DNA from: Candidatus Bathyarchaeota archaeon | GTDB lineage: Archaea; Thermoproteota; Bathyarchaeia; Bathyarchaeales; Bathycorpusculaceae | Assembly: GCA_963815095.1 (NCBI GenBank) | Contig: CAWFFH010000003.1 | Span: 928,001-992,000, forward strand | Reading direction: 5' to 3' | Length of the DNA stretch: 64,000 bases | Shown here: one piece after another, positions 49,967 through 58,961 of the stretch | Layout of the letters: the number at the start of each line of letters is the position of its first letter | Numbering within the stretch: the stretch's first letter is position 1 | The notes under the pieces: model-generated | Told to the model about the DNA's origin: nothing | What the model saw: the letters and a program-made list of their open reading frames with translations, nothing else | The model's database searches: none | Position numbers and translations under genes: made by a program

Positions 49967-50263
49967 TTATGGGGTATATTGTTCAACAATTCTCTTTGCT
50001 TGTTCTTCAGACAGATAGTCACTCAGATATATTTTGATGAGGTCTCTTAGAACTTTCCTTCGCTCTTCCTTGTTCTTTTCATTGTTTGACGCATCATTAA
50101 TACAACTATATTGATTGTTAATTGCGCTATTTGGGTTGTTGATATCGTAATTTGGATTGTTGATGTCGCTTTTTGGATTATTCAGATAACTATCGGGATT
50201 TTTGTCTTGGGCTCGCAAATCTTTAATAATTCTTCTAAAAAGTACACCAATTGTAATGGGCAT
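49967..50263 (-). CDS. Hypothetical protein with 7-residue NNP repeats
   Basis: LNNPKSD-INNPNYD-INNPNSA-INNQYSC-IND; GGAG RBS upstream. Confidence 0.65.
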   Translation of the reverse strand: MPITIGVLFRRIIKDLRAQDKNPDSYLNNPKSDINNPNYDINNPNSAINNQYSCINDASNNEKNKEERRKVLRDLIKIYLSDYLSEEQAKRIVEQYTP

Positions 50264-50378
50264 AAAAACACTCCTTGTAGACGGCTCTATTTCTAAGGCA
50301 AAACAATCTTATTAGTCTATCAGGTTCCCTCCTTGAAATTGAAAAAGTATTTTGCGAATGATTCTACGAGTCTCAGAT

Positions 50379-50403
50379 GGTTCGAATCCCACACGCTGCA
50401 CTA
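50379..50403 (+). repeat. Degenerate copy of tRNA-Leu 3' end
   Basis: GGTTCGAATCCCACACGCTGCACTA vs GGTTCGAATCCCACCCCCTGCACCA (22/25). Confidence 0.85.
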
Positions 50404-51026
50404 TTGCTGACTGTTTGTTAGAAGGAGAAAAACAGCTATTCTTACAGAAAATTGTTCTTCTTCTTTCAAAGATTTCTATAACTTAGTTTTAACAGTCAAG
50501 GTTGATATCCTGATCCAGGAGAAGATGATGATGGTGATGATGATGATGCGACAACGATTTTGCACTACAGGAGTGTCATCTATCAAAACTAACCCAAATT
50601 ACACAATATTAGCCCGAGCCATTTGGAGCCGGAGAAGTTGGCTGCTGATGCTGCTGCAACCCGATTCTGGAAATCAACTGTTGCATCTTCTAAAGAATCA
50701 AGCCTGACTTTCTAACTTCAAAGTTGAAAGAAAGAGGATCAACAAAGGGAGATAGAAGTTGTTCTTCCAGAGTCGTTCTGGTTCATTTGAAACGAACCTT
50801 ATTGAGGATCCAATATTCTGTTATTTCCCTACATACCCGAGGGTATAGATTACACAACCAATCATATCATTTAACATGCCAAAGTTCAAAATGCGTTTTT
50901 TTAAGTAGAAACCCTTATCTTTTAACATAACAAGTTTTAATGCAGGACTTTTCACCATTAAGAGGAAGATTTGTCTTAGACAAATCAAATAGACGTCGAA
51001 AAGTCTTGAAAAGTAGGATGCAAATA

Positions 51027-51815
51027 ATGTCTGAACATAAACCTGTATGGCCTGAATCGGGCGACCTTGTAATCGCCACGATTGAAAGTGTGATGGATTA
51101 TGGAGCATACGCTAACCTCGATGAATACAGCAGACGAGGTTTTCTTCATATCAGCGAAATCTCCAGCGCACGCATAAGAAACGTCCGAGACTTTGTTCGC
51201 GAAAACCAAAAAATGGTCCTCAAAGTCCTCCGCGTAGACATCGAAAAAGGCCACATTGACCTATCGTTACGACGAGTAACCAAACGTGAACGTATAGAAA
51301 AAATCAAATCCTGGAAAAAAGACCGCAAAGGCGATGCTCTCCTGCATGCCGTAGCTGAAAAAACGGGATTATCCATACATGAAGTCTACCAGCAAGCAGG
51401 CGTTCTCCTCGAAGAAAAATACGGCTTATACGACGGCTTCGAAAAAGTCGTAAAAGAAGGTACAGATGTCCTAACTAAACTAAACATACCCGAAGACCTC
51501 GCCAAAGTTATTGCTCAAGTTGCAGAAGAACGCATAAAAATTAAGACAGTGCAGGTCAAAGGCGTCATTGAGATTCGATGCATGAAGCCCAACGGTGTTC
51601 GTTGCATCCAAGAAGCATTCGGAAAAGCAAAGAAAGCACAAGAAGCAAAAGACGCTAAAATCGAGTTCGCAGTGATTGCTGCCCCAAAATACAGCGTAGA
51701 AGTTTCCGCTGATAATTGGAAACGCGCTGAAGAAGTATTAGATAAAGTGAGCGAAGACGTGGTTGCCAACATTACTAAAGCGGGCGGGCACGGGTCTTTT
51801 AAAAGAGAGAAATAG
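51027..51815 (+). CDS. Translation initiation factor 2 subunit alpha
   Basis: WPE.GDLV..YGAY..LDEY, LHISEIS, VLRVD..KGHIDLSLRRV, AAPKY. Confidence 0.93.
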   Translation: MSEHKPVWPESGDLVIATIESVMDYGAYANLDEYSRRGFLHISEISSARIRNVRDFVRENQKMVLKVLRVDIEKGHIDLSLRRVTKRERIEKIKSWKKDRKGDALLHAVAEKTGLSIHEVYQQAGVLLEEKYGLYDGFEKVVKEGTDVLTKLNIPEDLAKVIAQVAEERIKIKTVQVKGVIEIRCMKPNGVRCIQEAFGKAKKAQEAKDAKIEFAVIAAPKYSVEVSADNWKRAEEVLDKVSEDVVANITKAGGHGSFKREK

Positions 51816-51826
51816 ATGGTGAAGAT

Positions 51827-52201
51827 TTGAGAGAAGCTACTGAAAAATTAGAATGGGGTCAAGTCGAGAAAATTGGGAAAGGCACCAAGGCGAACTTTGA
51901 TTCAAAAAAGAAAACTCTAACTTTTTGCTTCAACCGCGGTCCCGAAATGTCAAGCGAACTGTTGAGAACATCGCGGGAGCTTTTGATGAAAGAGCTAACT
52001 GCCTTGGGCTATTCCAGCCGCATGAAATACAACGGCGAAGTAGTTGTTGACAACGTTCAAGAAAATGATGTAGTTCTGGTCAAGAAAAACCATAAACTTG
52101 TGATTAGCTTAAACAAAAAGCAAACCGAAGAAAAAGCAAGTTCAGCTGCAGAGTCAATTGAATCCAAGAACAGGACTCAAAGCAACATAAAATTTTCTTA
52201 A
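51827..52201 (+). CDS. Hypothetical protein
   Basis: 124-aa ORF directly after aIF2-alpha with GGTGA RBS. Confidence 0.6.
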   Translation: MREATEKLEWGQVEKIGKGTKANFDSKKKTLTFCFNRGPEMSSELLRTSRELLMKELTALGYSSRMKYNGEVVVDNVQENDVVLVKKNHKLVISLNKKQTEEKASSAAESIESKNRTQSNIKFS

Positions 52202-52323
52202 TTTCCCCCTAAATTTTTACTTTAGACTACGGAAGGCAAAATCTCAGCTCAATAAAATACTCCTAATTCCAAAAGTCATTTTGGGAAAACAACTAAATAC
52301 TTGACTATGGCAATGTTAGAGCT

Positions 52324-53016
52324 ATGGCATTTCCAAGAAAACAATCGCATAAAAAAGCATACATCGCAATACTTCTCTCAGTTGTACTAATAGCTTCATC
52401 TGCAGCAGTTATCCTTGCAACCCAGCCTAGTTCTGCAAAAGCGATAGTGGGTGTTCATGTTGGGGACACTTTTACCTATAGCTTAATGGGCATATCAAAT
52501 TTATCGGGTTTAAATGCAGTAGAAACTCCAGGGTTCTCAATTTACAATGATACAGATAATTATAAAATTACCATAACAGCAATAAATGGTAGCTCAGTGA
52601 CATTGGATACGGTTTGGTTATTCAAAAACGGCACGGCGCTTCCTTCAGCACAAACAATAGATTTATCAAATGGAGCCAAAACCGACCAGAACGGCTTCTG
52701 GGCCATTTATGCTTCTAACCTTAACTTGGGTGACCCGCTTCGTCCAACTGGACATGATGGATTAACCGTTAACCAAACTAGTCCACGAACATATGCGAGC
52801 GGTTCGAGAGATAGTAACTTTATGACAATTGGCGCTGAATCCTATCTCGGGACCGATCCAACACATAATACATTGCGTTATGATTTAACCGGTGCCTGGT
52901 TCGACAAACAAACAGGCATGCTTGAAAACTTAACTTGGATAACCGAATATAATAATCCAGAAATGACTGAAGTTATCACCTGGAAACTCATAAGCTCGTC
53001 AGTTTGGACTGTTTAA
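52324..53016 (+). CDS. Hypothetical exported protein
   Basis: Signal/TM segment, VGVHVGDTFTY, WFDKQTGML. Confidence 0.7.
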   Translation: MAFPRKQSHKKAYIAILLSVVLIASSAAVILATQPSSAKAIVGVHVGDTFTYSLMGISNLSGLNAVETPGFSIYNDTDNYKITITAINGSSVTLDTVWLFKNGTALPSAQTIDLSNGAKTDQNGFWAIYASNLNLGDPLRPTGHDGLTVNQTSPRTYASGSRDSNFMTIGAESYLGTDPTHNTLRYDLTGAWFDKQTGMLENLTWITEYNNPEMTEVITWKLISSSVWTV

Positions 53017-53094
53017 TAGATTCCTTTCCATTTTTATTACCCAAGCAACTATAGTCAAGACCTCTTCTTTTCAAGACTTAAGGAGAACGTATCT

Positions 53095-55008
53095 TCATTT
53101 TTGTTTTGATTTAATAGCTGCCAGTTTTCCGCCTGCTTTAACCATGCTTTTTTCCAAGTCGCTAAGACTCAAAATAACTTCTATCTTTGTATCTTTGGTC
53201 AAGTTCTTTATGCATATGTGCGGCTTTAACTCTTTAACATCTAACTCCAGCAAGTCACCTTGCGTAATGCCTGAATAATCTTGTTTATCCACAAAAGATA
53301 AGGGTAGTATTCCGAAGTTGACCAGGTTAGCCATGTGGATTCTTGCAAAGGATTTGGCAATTATAGCTTTTACGCCGAGGTATTTTGGTGCAAGTGCCGC
53401 GTGTTCACGTGAGGAGCCTTGACCATAGTTTTCGCCGCCCACAATAAACCCGCCGTTTTTCTCAAGAGCTCGATTAGCAAAGGTTTTGTCAATATAAACA
53501 AAGGTGTATTTGCTTATCTCTGGAATGTTGCTTCTAAGAGACATGATTTCGGAACCGCCTGGCAGGATGTCGTCGGTTGAGATGTTGTCGCCCAATTTAA
53601 GCAACACTTCTCCTGAAAGCTCATGTGGTGTAGGTTTGAAGTTGGGTAAGGGCTTAATGTTTGGTCCCATTACCACTTTGCTTGTTGGTTTAGCGGTTGG
53701 ATAAATGAACATGGCGTCGCTTAAAACAAACATTTCAGGCATAGAAATCTCGGGGTACTTGCCGAGTTTTCGAGGATCAGTTATTTTGCCAGTGAGAGCT
53801 GCGGCAACCGCAGTTTCGGGACTAACCAAGTAGACTTTGGCGTCTTGTGTTCCACTGCGTCCTTTGAAGTTGCGGTTAAATGTTCGCAGTGACACGCCCT
53901 CACTGGTTGGGGCCTGCCCGATTCCAATGCATGGACCACATGCATTCTCTAAGATTCTGGCTCCTGACTGAATTAAGGGCTCAAGCTCGCCTGTGGCTGC
54001 AAGGTTTTGCATGGCTTGTCTTGACCCAGCTGAAATGGTGAGGCTAGTGTTCTCATTGACTTTTTTGCCTTTGAGCATGGCGGAGACGATTTTTAGATCC
54101 CGCAGAGAAGAGTTGGTGCAGCTGCCGATGCAAACTTGATCAACTGGGGTACCTTCCAATTCAGATAAGGCTTTTACATTGTCGGGACTGTGAGGCAAAG
54201 CGATTAAGGGCTCCACTTTTGAAAGGTCGATGTCTATAGTCTCTGAATATTTTGCGTTATCATCTGCTTTAAGCTCAATCCACTGATCTTCGCGTCCTTG
54301 ACCACGCAAGAAAAGCTTTGTGGCTTCGTCGGAAGGAAAAACAGATGTAGTTGCGCCTGTCTCGGTGCCCATGTTAGTTATCGTTCCACGCTCGGGAACA
54401 CTCAGAGTTTTGACTCCTGGACCATAATACTCTATGATCTTGTTAACTCCGCCCTTCACAGTTAATTGTTTTAGGACTTGAAGTATGACGTCTTTGGCAG
54501 AAACGTATGGCGAAAGCTTGCCGGTTAATTTTATTCCTGTGATGCTGGGCATTTCCAGGTAGAAAGGTTCACCTGCCATGGCTGCGGCAACATCTAAGCC
54601 TCCAGCTCCGATAGCAATCATGCCCATCCCGCCTGCAGTTGGCGTGTGGCTGTCGCTTCCCAAAAGCGTAGCGCCTGGTTTGGCAAAACGTTCCAGGTAA
54701 AGTTGGTGGCAGATGCCGTTGCCTGGACGCGAAAAGACGATTCCGTATTTTGCGGCAACTCCTTGCAAGTAGCGGTGATCGTCGGCGTTGCGGAAATCGT
54801 TCTGGAGCATGTTGTGGTCAACAAAACTCAAGCTCAACTCGGTTTTGACTTTTGGGATACCCATAGCTTCAAACTCAAGGTAAGCCAACGTGCCCGTGGA
54901 ATCTTGAGTTAAGGTGTGGTCTATTTTTAGGGCAATTTCTTCTCCAGCAACCATCTTTCCATGAGCTAAGTGTTTATCAATTACTTTTTCCGCAACGGAA
55001 TGGTTCAC
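53095..55008 (-). CDS. Aconitate hydratase
   Basis: TQDSTG, DHN, GICHQ, DSHT, GSCTN, CGPCIG, NRNF.GR, GSSREHA; GTG start assumed. Confidence 0.92.
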   Translation of the reverse strand: MNHSVAEKVIDKHLAHGKMVAGEEIALKIDHTLTQDSTGTLAYLEFEAMGIPKVKTELSLSFVDHNMLQNDFRNADDHRYLQGVAAKYGIVFSRPGNGICHQLYLERFAKPGATLLGSDSHTPTAGGMGMIAIGAGGLDVAAAMAGEPFYLEMPSITGIKLTGKLSPYVSAKDVILQVLKQLTVKGGVNKIIEYYGPGVKTLSVPERGTITNMGTETGATTSVFPSDEATKLFLRGQGREDQWIELKADDNAKYSETIDIDLSKVEPLIALPHSPDNVKALSELEGTPVDQVCIGSCTNSSLRDLKIVSAMLKGKKVNENTSLTISAGSRQAMQNLAATGELEPLIQSGARILENACGPCIGIGQAPTSEGVSLRTFNRNFKGRSGTQDAKVYLVSPETAVAAALTGKITDPRKLGKYPEISMPEMFVLSDAMFIYPTAKPTSKVVMGPNIKPLPNFKPTPHELSGEVLLKLGDNISTDDILPGGSEIMSLRSNIPEISKYTFVYIDKTFANRALEKNGGFIVGGENYGQGSSREHAALAPKYLGVKAIIAKSFARIHMANLVNFGILPLSFVDKQDYSGITQGDLLELDVKELKPHICIKNLTKDTKIEVILSLSDLEKSMVKAGGKLAAIKSKQK

Positions 55009-55161
55009 TTTTTTTATCCCTCTTGAATTAGCGTGATTGTTATTGTATGCCAAATAAAAAGAGGGAAATTAAGTTTCGCATCCAACTTCAAGATTTAGCG
55101 GCTTTTTTGACGGAAAAAATGAAATAGTCAATCACTATCAGCTATAACAAGAGGCAAAGCT

Positions 55162-55929
55162 ATGTCGTTTAATGCAAAAATGCAGAAAGCAGCAAAAAAC
55201 AAAAATTCCCGCATCGTTTTGGCGCTGGATTTTCCATTCGAACATGCCCAGAACCAGGAGAAAGTTTTGTCAAAAGCCCAGAGGGTCCTCAAAGCCGCTC
55301 ACCCCTACATTTGTGCAGTTAAAATTAATCACCACCTTACTTTGCCCCTGGGTCTTTTTGAAGGCGTAAAAAAGCTTGTAGAGCAGATACGGGGAGATGG
55401 TATGCTTGCGATAATGGATGCTAAAGTCAACGACATAGGCAACACCAACCAAATTATTGCCAATTACTATTACGCAGCTGGCTTCGACGCCATAATCGCC
55501 AACCCGTTCGTAGGATGGGACGAGGGCTTAAAGCCGCTCTTTGAAACATCCAAAAAACAGAGTAAAGGTGTGATTCTGCTCACTTACATGAGCCATAAAG
55601 GCGCCTGCGAAGGTTATGGCCAAACGGTAATCAATCCAGACACTTTAGAACAAACCCCACAATACGTTGCCTTTGCTAAAAAAGCCTTAAAATGGGGTGC
55701 CGATGGAGTGGTTGTTGGTGCAACAGTGCCTGAAAAAATAGCTGAAGTCAAGCGGATTCTTGGCGAAAACGTTGATATTTATTCGCCTGGGGTAGGTGCG
55801 CAGGGTGGGGCCGCGGAAAAAGCCATCAAAGCAGGTGCCAGTTACATAATCGTTGGGAGAGAAATAACAAACTCAGATGACCCAGCACAAACTGCGAGTA
55901 TGCTTTGTGATTCAATAAAAGGAATATAA
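55162..55929 (+). CDS. pyrF: Orotidine-5'-phosphate decarboxylase
   Basis: LALD, DAKVNDIGNT, VVGAT, SPGVGAQGG, IVGR. Confidence 0.93.
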   Translation: MSFNAKMQKAAKNKNSRIVLALDFPFEHAQNQEKVLSKAQRVLKAAHPYICAVKINHHLTLPLGLFEGVKKLVEQIRGDGMLAIMDAKVNDIGNTNQIIANYYYAAGFDAIIANPFVGWDEGLKPLFETSKKQSKGVILLTYMSHKGACEGYGQTVINPDTLEQTPQYVAFAKKALKWGADGVVVGATVPEKIAEVKRILGENVDIYSPGVGAQGGAAEKAIKAGASYIIVGREITNSDDPAQTASMLCDSIKGI

Positions 55930-55937
55930 CCGCAGTT

Positions 55938-56090
55938 TTATCTGCGTTTGTTTTCCCAGAGTTCTTTTTTGAGCAAGTCCCGAACTGAAGAGCGGATTAC
56001 GCTGCTTCTGCTTGGGTACATATTTGCTCGGACAAGTTCATCTAAACCTTCGAGATAAGCTTCTGGTAATAAGACTGTTACAAGTTTCAA
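55938..56090 (-). CDS. Ribbon-helix-helix (CopG/CdrS-like) protein (50 aa; not in ORF track)
   Basis: MKLVTVLLPEAYLEGLDELVRANMYPSRSSVIRSSVRDLLKKELW; GGAGGA RBS. Confidence 0.85.
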   Translation of the reverse strand: MKLVTVLLPEAYLEGLDELVRANMYPSRSSVIRSSVRDLLKKELWENKRR

Positions 56091-56168
56091 TTTGTTTTAT
56101 CCTCCTCAAACTATATCATGCATATAACATGTGGCAAATATAAAATTAACGTAGAAAACCCTAACCAA

Positions 56169-57011
56169 TCACAATTGCCGAAGCTGATTCAGCGTTCCCA
56201 AAAACGTACCATCCAACAGATAAAGCTCAGCCTCATCAACATCTACCGCTTCCGAACGCAAAACAGGCCCAATCAACGCTTCATTGCCAATTTCTTTTCG
56301 AGGACGGGTTTCGTTTACAGGTCTACCGCCCAAAAAATCGTTAAAACTAGGCATGATATAAATCTCCTCAGCCTTTGCTTTGATGTTGTAATGTTTCTTT
56401 AACGATTCAGCTACTGAGCCTTCAATTTTTACTCCGCTTTTCTGCAAAAGAATTTTCGCGAATGCTTCGGTGTCGCATTTGGCTTTCATCCACACTTGTC
56501 TAGTAATTTTACACCCCGTTGGGTCATGGAAAACCACCACTGGATGCAAATGCCCCATTACCAACGTTTTACAACCTAACAACTCGGGTGAAGGCCATTT
56601 GTGACCGTGAAAAACCCCTACATCACCAATCACTGCTCCCGTTGCAGGCAAAAGCTCAATATTCGCTGGCAACAAATGTTCCAAGTTTGCGTCATGATTT
56701 CCACGAACAACAGCTATGCTGTCAACACAACTTGAGAGTTTATCAATAAAGTCAGGAATGTCTCGCCATTCGCCAAATTCATGCGAAACCACAGTGTACT
56801 TCACGTCGCCGAGAATAACCAGCCTTTCAGGGTTGTATTTGGTAATAATGGCGGTTAACTTGTTTAGTATCTTTGAGGTTTGGCTGGGCACATGGATACC
56901 TTTTTCTTGAAGCTGTATCTCCCAGCCCAGATGCGGATCAGCGATAAGCAGAGTTTTGGTTTTTGTGGTTTTTACGAGGGCGCAAGCGCTGGGCAAAAGC
57001 AACTTTAACAT
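56169..57011 (-). CDS. Calcineurin-like metallophosphoesterase
   Basis: ADPHLG, LGD, GNHD, HGH, GHLHP, MPSFN. Confidence 0.88.
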   Translation of the reverse strand: MLKLLLPSACALVKTTKTKTLLIADPHLGWEIQLQEKGIHVPSQTSKILNKLTAIITKYNPERLVILGDVKYTVVSHEFGEWRDIPDFIDKLSSCVDSIAVVRGNHDANLEHLLPANIELLPATGAVIGDVGVFHGHKWPSPELLGCKTLVMGHLHPVVVFHDPTGCKITRQVWMKAKCDTEAFAKILLQKSGVKIEGSVAESLKKHYNIKAKAEEIYIMPSFNDFLGGRPVNETRPRKEIGNEALIGPVLRSEAVDVDEAELYLLDGTFLGTLNQLRQL

Positions 57012-57835
57012 CAGGGATTAACCAGACTCAAAATTTTTTGATGAATCTCTATATTGGCTGAAGCAACAAAACTCAGGGTTTGTTTTGGATCCAACTTTAC
57101 ATTTATCGGTTTGTTTTCTGGGTTGGTTACAATTCCACCTGCTTCTTTAACTATAAGGAATCCTGCGGCTACGTCAGTTGTGCGGATTTTGTTTCGAAGA
57201 TCTATAAAGGCATCAGTCAAGCCTTCAGCGACAAAACATATCTCCGGAGCGTTGGCCCCCCAATGTCGCGTATGTTTAATGTTTTCCATTAAGGATGTAA
57301 AAGTTGGTAAATTGACTTTGGTTTTGTAAGCGTTTAGATCGATGCCTATTACCGCTTCATCCAACGATGTGGTTTTTGAAGTCGTGATTCGTTTGCCATT
57401 GCGGTAGGCGCCTCCGCCTGCAAATGCGATGTAAGCTACGTCGTGAAAGAGATCCACAATCATGCCTGCGTAAACGTCGGTAAGTTCAGGTTTATTGGAT
57501 ACGGCTATTGAGGAAGCGTAGAAAGGCAATCCGCGCACTAGGTTTGTTGTGCCATCGATTGGATCAACACACAAGTAGCACTCTTTGGGCGAAGAGCCAT
57601 ATTCTTTGATGCCTGATTCCTCGCTGATTAACGTAAAGGAAACACCGTGCTTTTGAAGGATGTCCACGATGGCTGTTTCAGCTGCCAAATCGACGGGTTT
57701 CATCATATCGCCGCCGGCCCCCATACCTAAGTTGGGTTGAGGTTCCTTGAGGGTTTTCAGGCATGGCTTAATGTTTTTTTGTATATTGCTCTTGCATTCA
57801 GTGAATATTTGTTGCATATCCGTTTGAGTTTTCAT
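57011..57835 (-). CDS. suhB: Inositol monophosphatase / fructose-1,6-bisphosphatase
   Basis: SEE, DPIDGTTN, DVAAG...EAGG. Confidence 0.9.
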   Translation of the reverse strand: MKTQTDMQQIFTECKSNIQKNIKPCLKTLKEPQPNLGMGAGGDMMKPVDLAAETAIVDILQKHGVSFTLISEESGIKEYGSSPKECYLCVDPIDGTTNLVRGLPFYASSIAVSNKPELTDVYAGMIVDLFHDVAYIAFAGGGAYRNGKRITTSKTTSLDEAVIGIDLNAYKTKVNLPTFTSLMENIKHTRHWGANAPEICFVAEGLTDAFIDLRNKIRTTDVAAGFLIVKEAGGIVTNPENKPINVKLDPKQTLSFVASANIEIHQKILSLVNP

Positions 57836-58016
57836 TGCTTAACCTTCATTTTCTATATTGTTCGCCAAGTTGATAAGGAGTATACCAACATAATTTTAGA
57901 GATGGTTTTCTCTACCAAAAGAAATTATCAATAAAGGTATGGGCGAAAAGGATTAAAACTTTTCAACTATATTTCATTAAAAGTTTGATTGGAATAAAAT
58001 TTTTGCCAAGTAAGAC

Positions 58017-58241
58017 TTAGGGTTTGATTTTACTAACTCTGTTAGAAGAAGAGATGTAACTATGCCCCTGCACTGTAACAACATATTTGCCCTTGTTTTG
58101 CGTGAGCATGCTTTGTCTTGTGAGAATTGTCAAATAGGATTCTGCCTGCACATCATTCAAACCTAACCTGCTCATAATTCTGCCCTTATCTTTTGGTGTT
58201 TCACAGAAACGGATAATTCCTATCCTTTCACTAATAGCCAT
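58017..58241 (-). CDS. Small winged-helix protein
   Basis: K..IM..LGLN..Q...YL..L....ML......Y.VT..G. Confidence 0.7.
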   Translation of the reverse strand: MAISERIGIIRFCETPKDKGRIMSRLGLNDVQAESYLTILTRQSMLTQNKGKYVVTVQGHSYISSSNRVSKIKP

Positions 58242-58436
58242 ACTAACTCACAAGACATTTACTCCTTGAGTAGCAATTAAGCATACGTGACTGTTTGGCA
58301 GCTACAACAATCAAGCGTAACTGTATTCTTTTTGGATTCAAGAAACTTATTTTCAGCAATAAATAAGAATCCCAAATACTCTAATAATAAACAAGAAACC
58401 TGAAGCCGTAACTCAACCCTTATCGGTGGGTACATT

Positions 58437-58808
58437 ATGGGAAAAAAAATACATCTACCTCAAATAGCTAGAAAAGCGGGAGAACAGGTCTTTACTAAGC
58501 CAGCCACAACCAAATATCCTTTCGTGAAGCCTCAGTTGGCAGACAATTTTAGAGGTCAACCAGTCTTTGATTTTTCGTCATGTATTGGCTGCGGTTTATG
58601 CGCAAGGGATTGCCCAGCAAAAGCAATAGAGATGGTTGAAGCAGAAGGGAAGAAACATCCACAAATTAACCTATCCAAATGTGTGTTTTGTTACCAATGT
58701 GCTGAAACTTGCCCAAAAAAAGCCATAAAAAACTCATCTACCTACGAGTTAGCTACAACAGACAAATCCACCTTAGTTAAAAAACCACAGTCAGACACTA
58801 AAATTTAA
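58437..58808 (+). CDS. 2x[4Fe-4S] protein, NuoI/hydrogenase Fe-S subunit-like
   Basis: T.KYPF....FRG; CIGCGLCARDCP, CVFCYQCAETCP. Confidence 0.85.
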   Translation: MGKKIHLPQIARKAGEQVFTKPATTKYPFVKPQLADNFRGQPVFDFSSCIGCGLCARDCPAKAIEMVEAEGKKHPQINLSKCVFCYQCAETCPKKAIKNSSTYELATTDKSTLVKKPQSDTKI

Positions 58809-58961
58809 CAAAAAACGATTTTATTTAGCTTTTACTTGCGTTACAATTACTTTAGATCCACTAAACCTCTGGAATATTTGCAAAAATTCGCAAGTTGAAA
58901 CTGAAAAATTCATGAAAACTCTTAAATTATACAATTCCCAACTGAACTGCAGGTCTCCTTC

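Noticed and set aside
50524-50548. (GAT)n trinucleotide run reading as poly-His, poly-Ser, poly-Met or poly-Asp
   Set aside because: No frame gives a credible intact gene; probably a decayed remnant or microsatellite.
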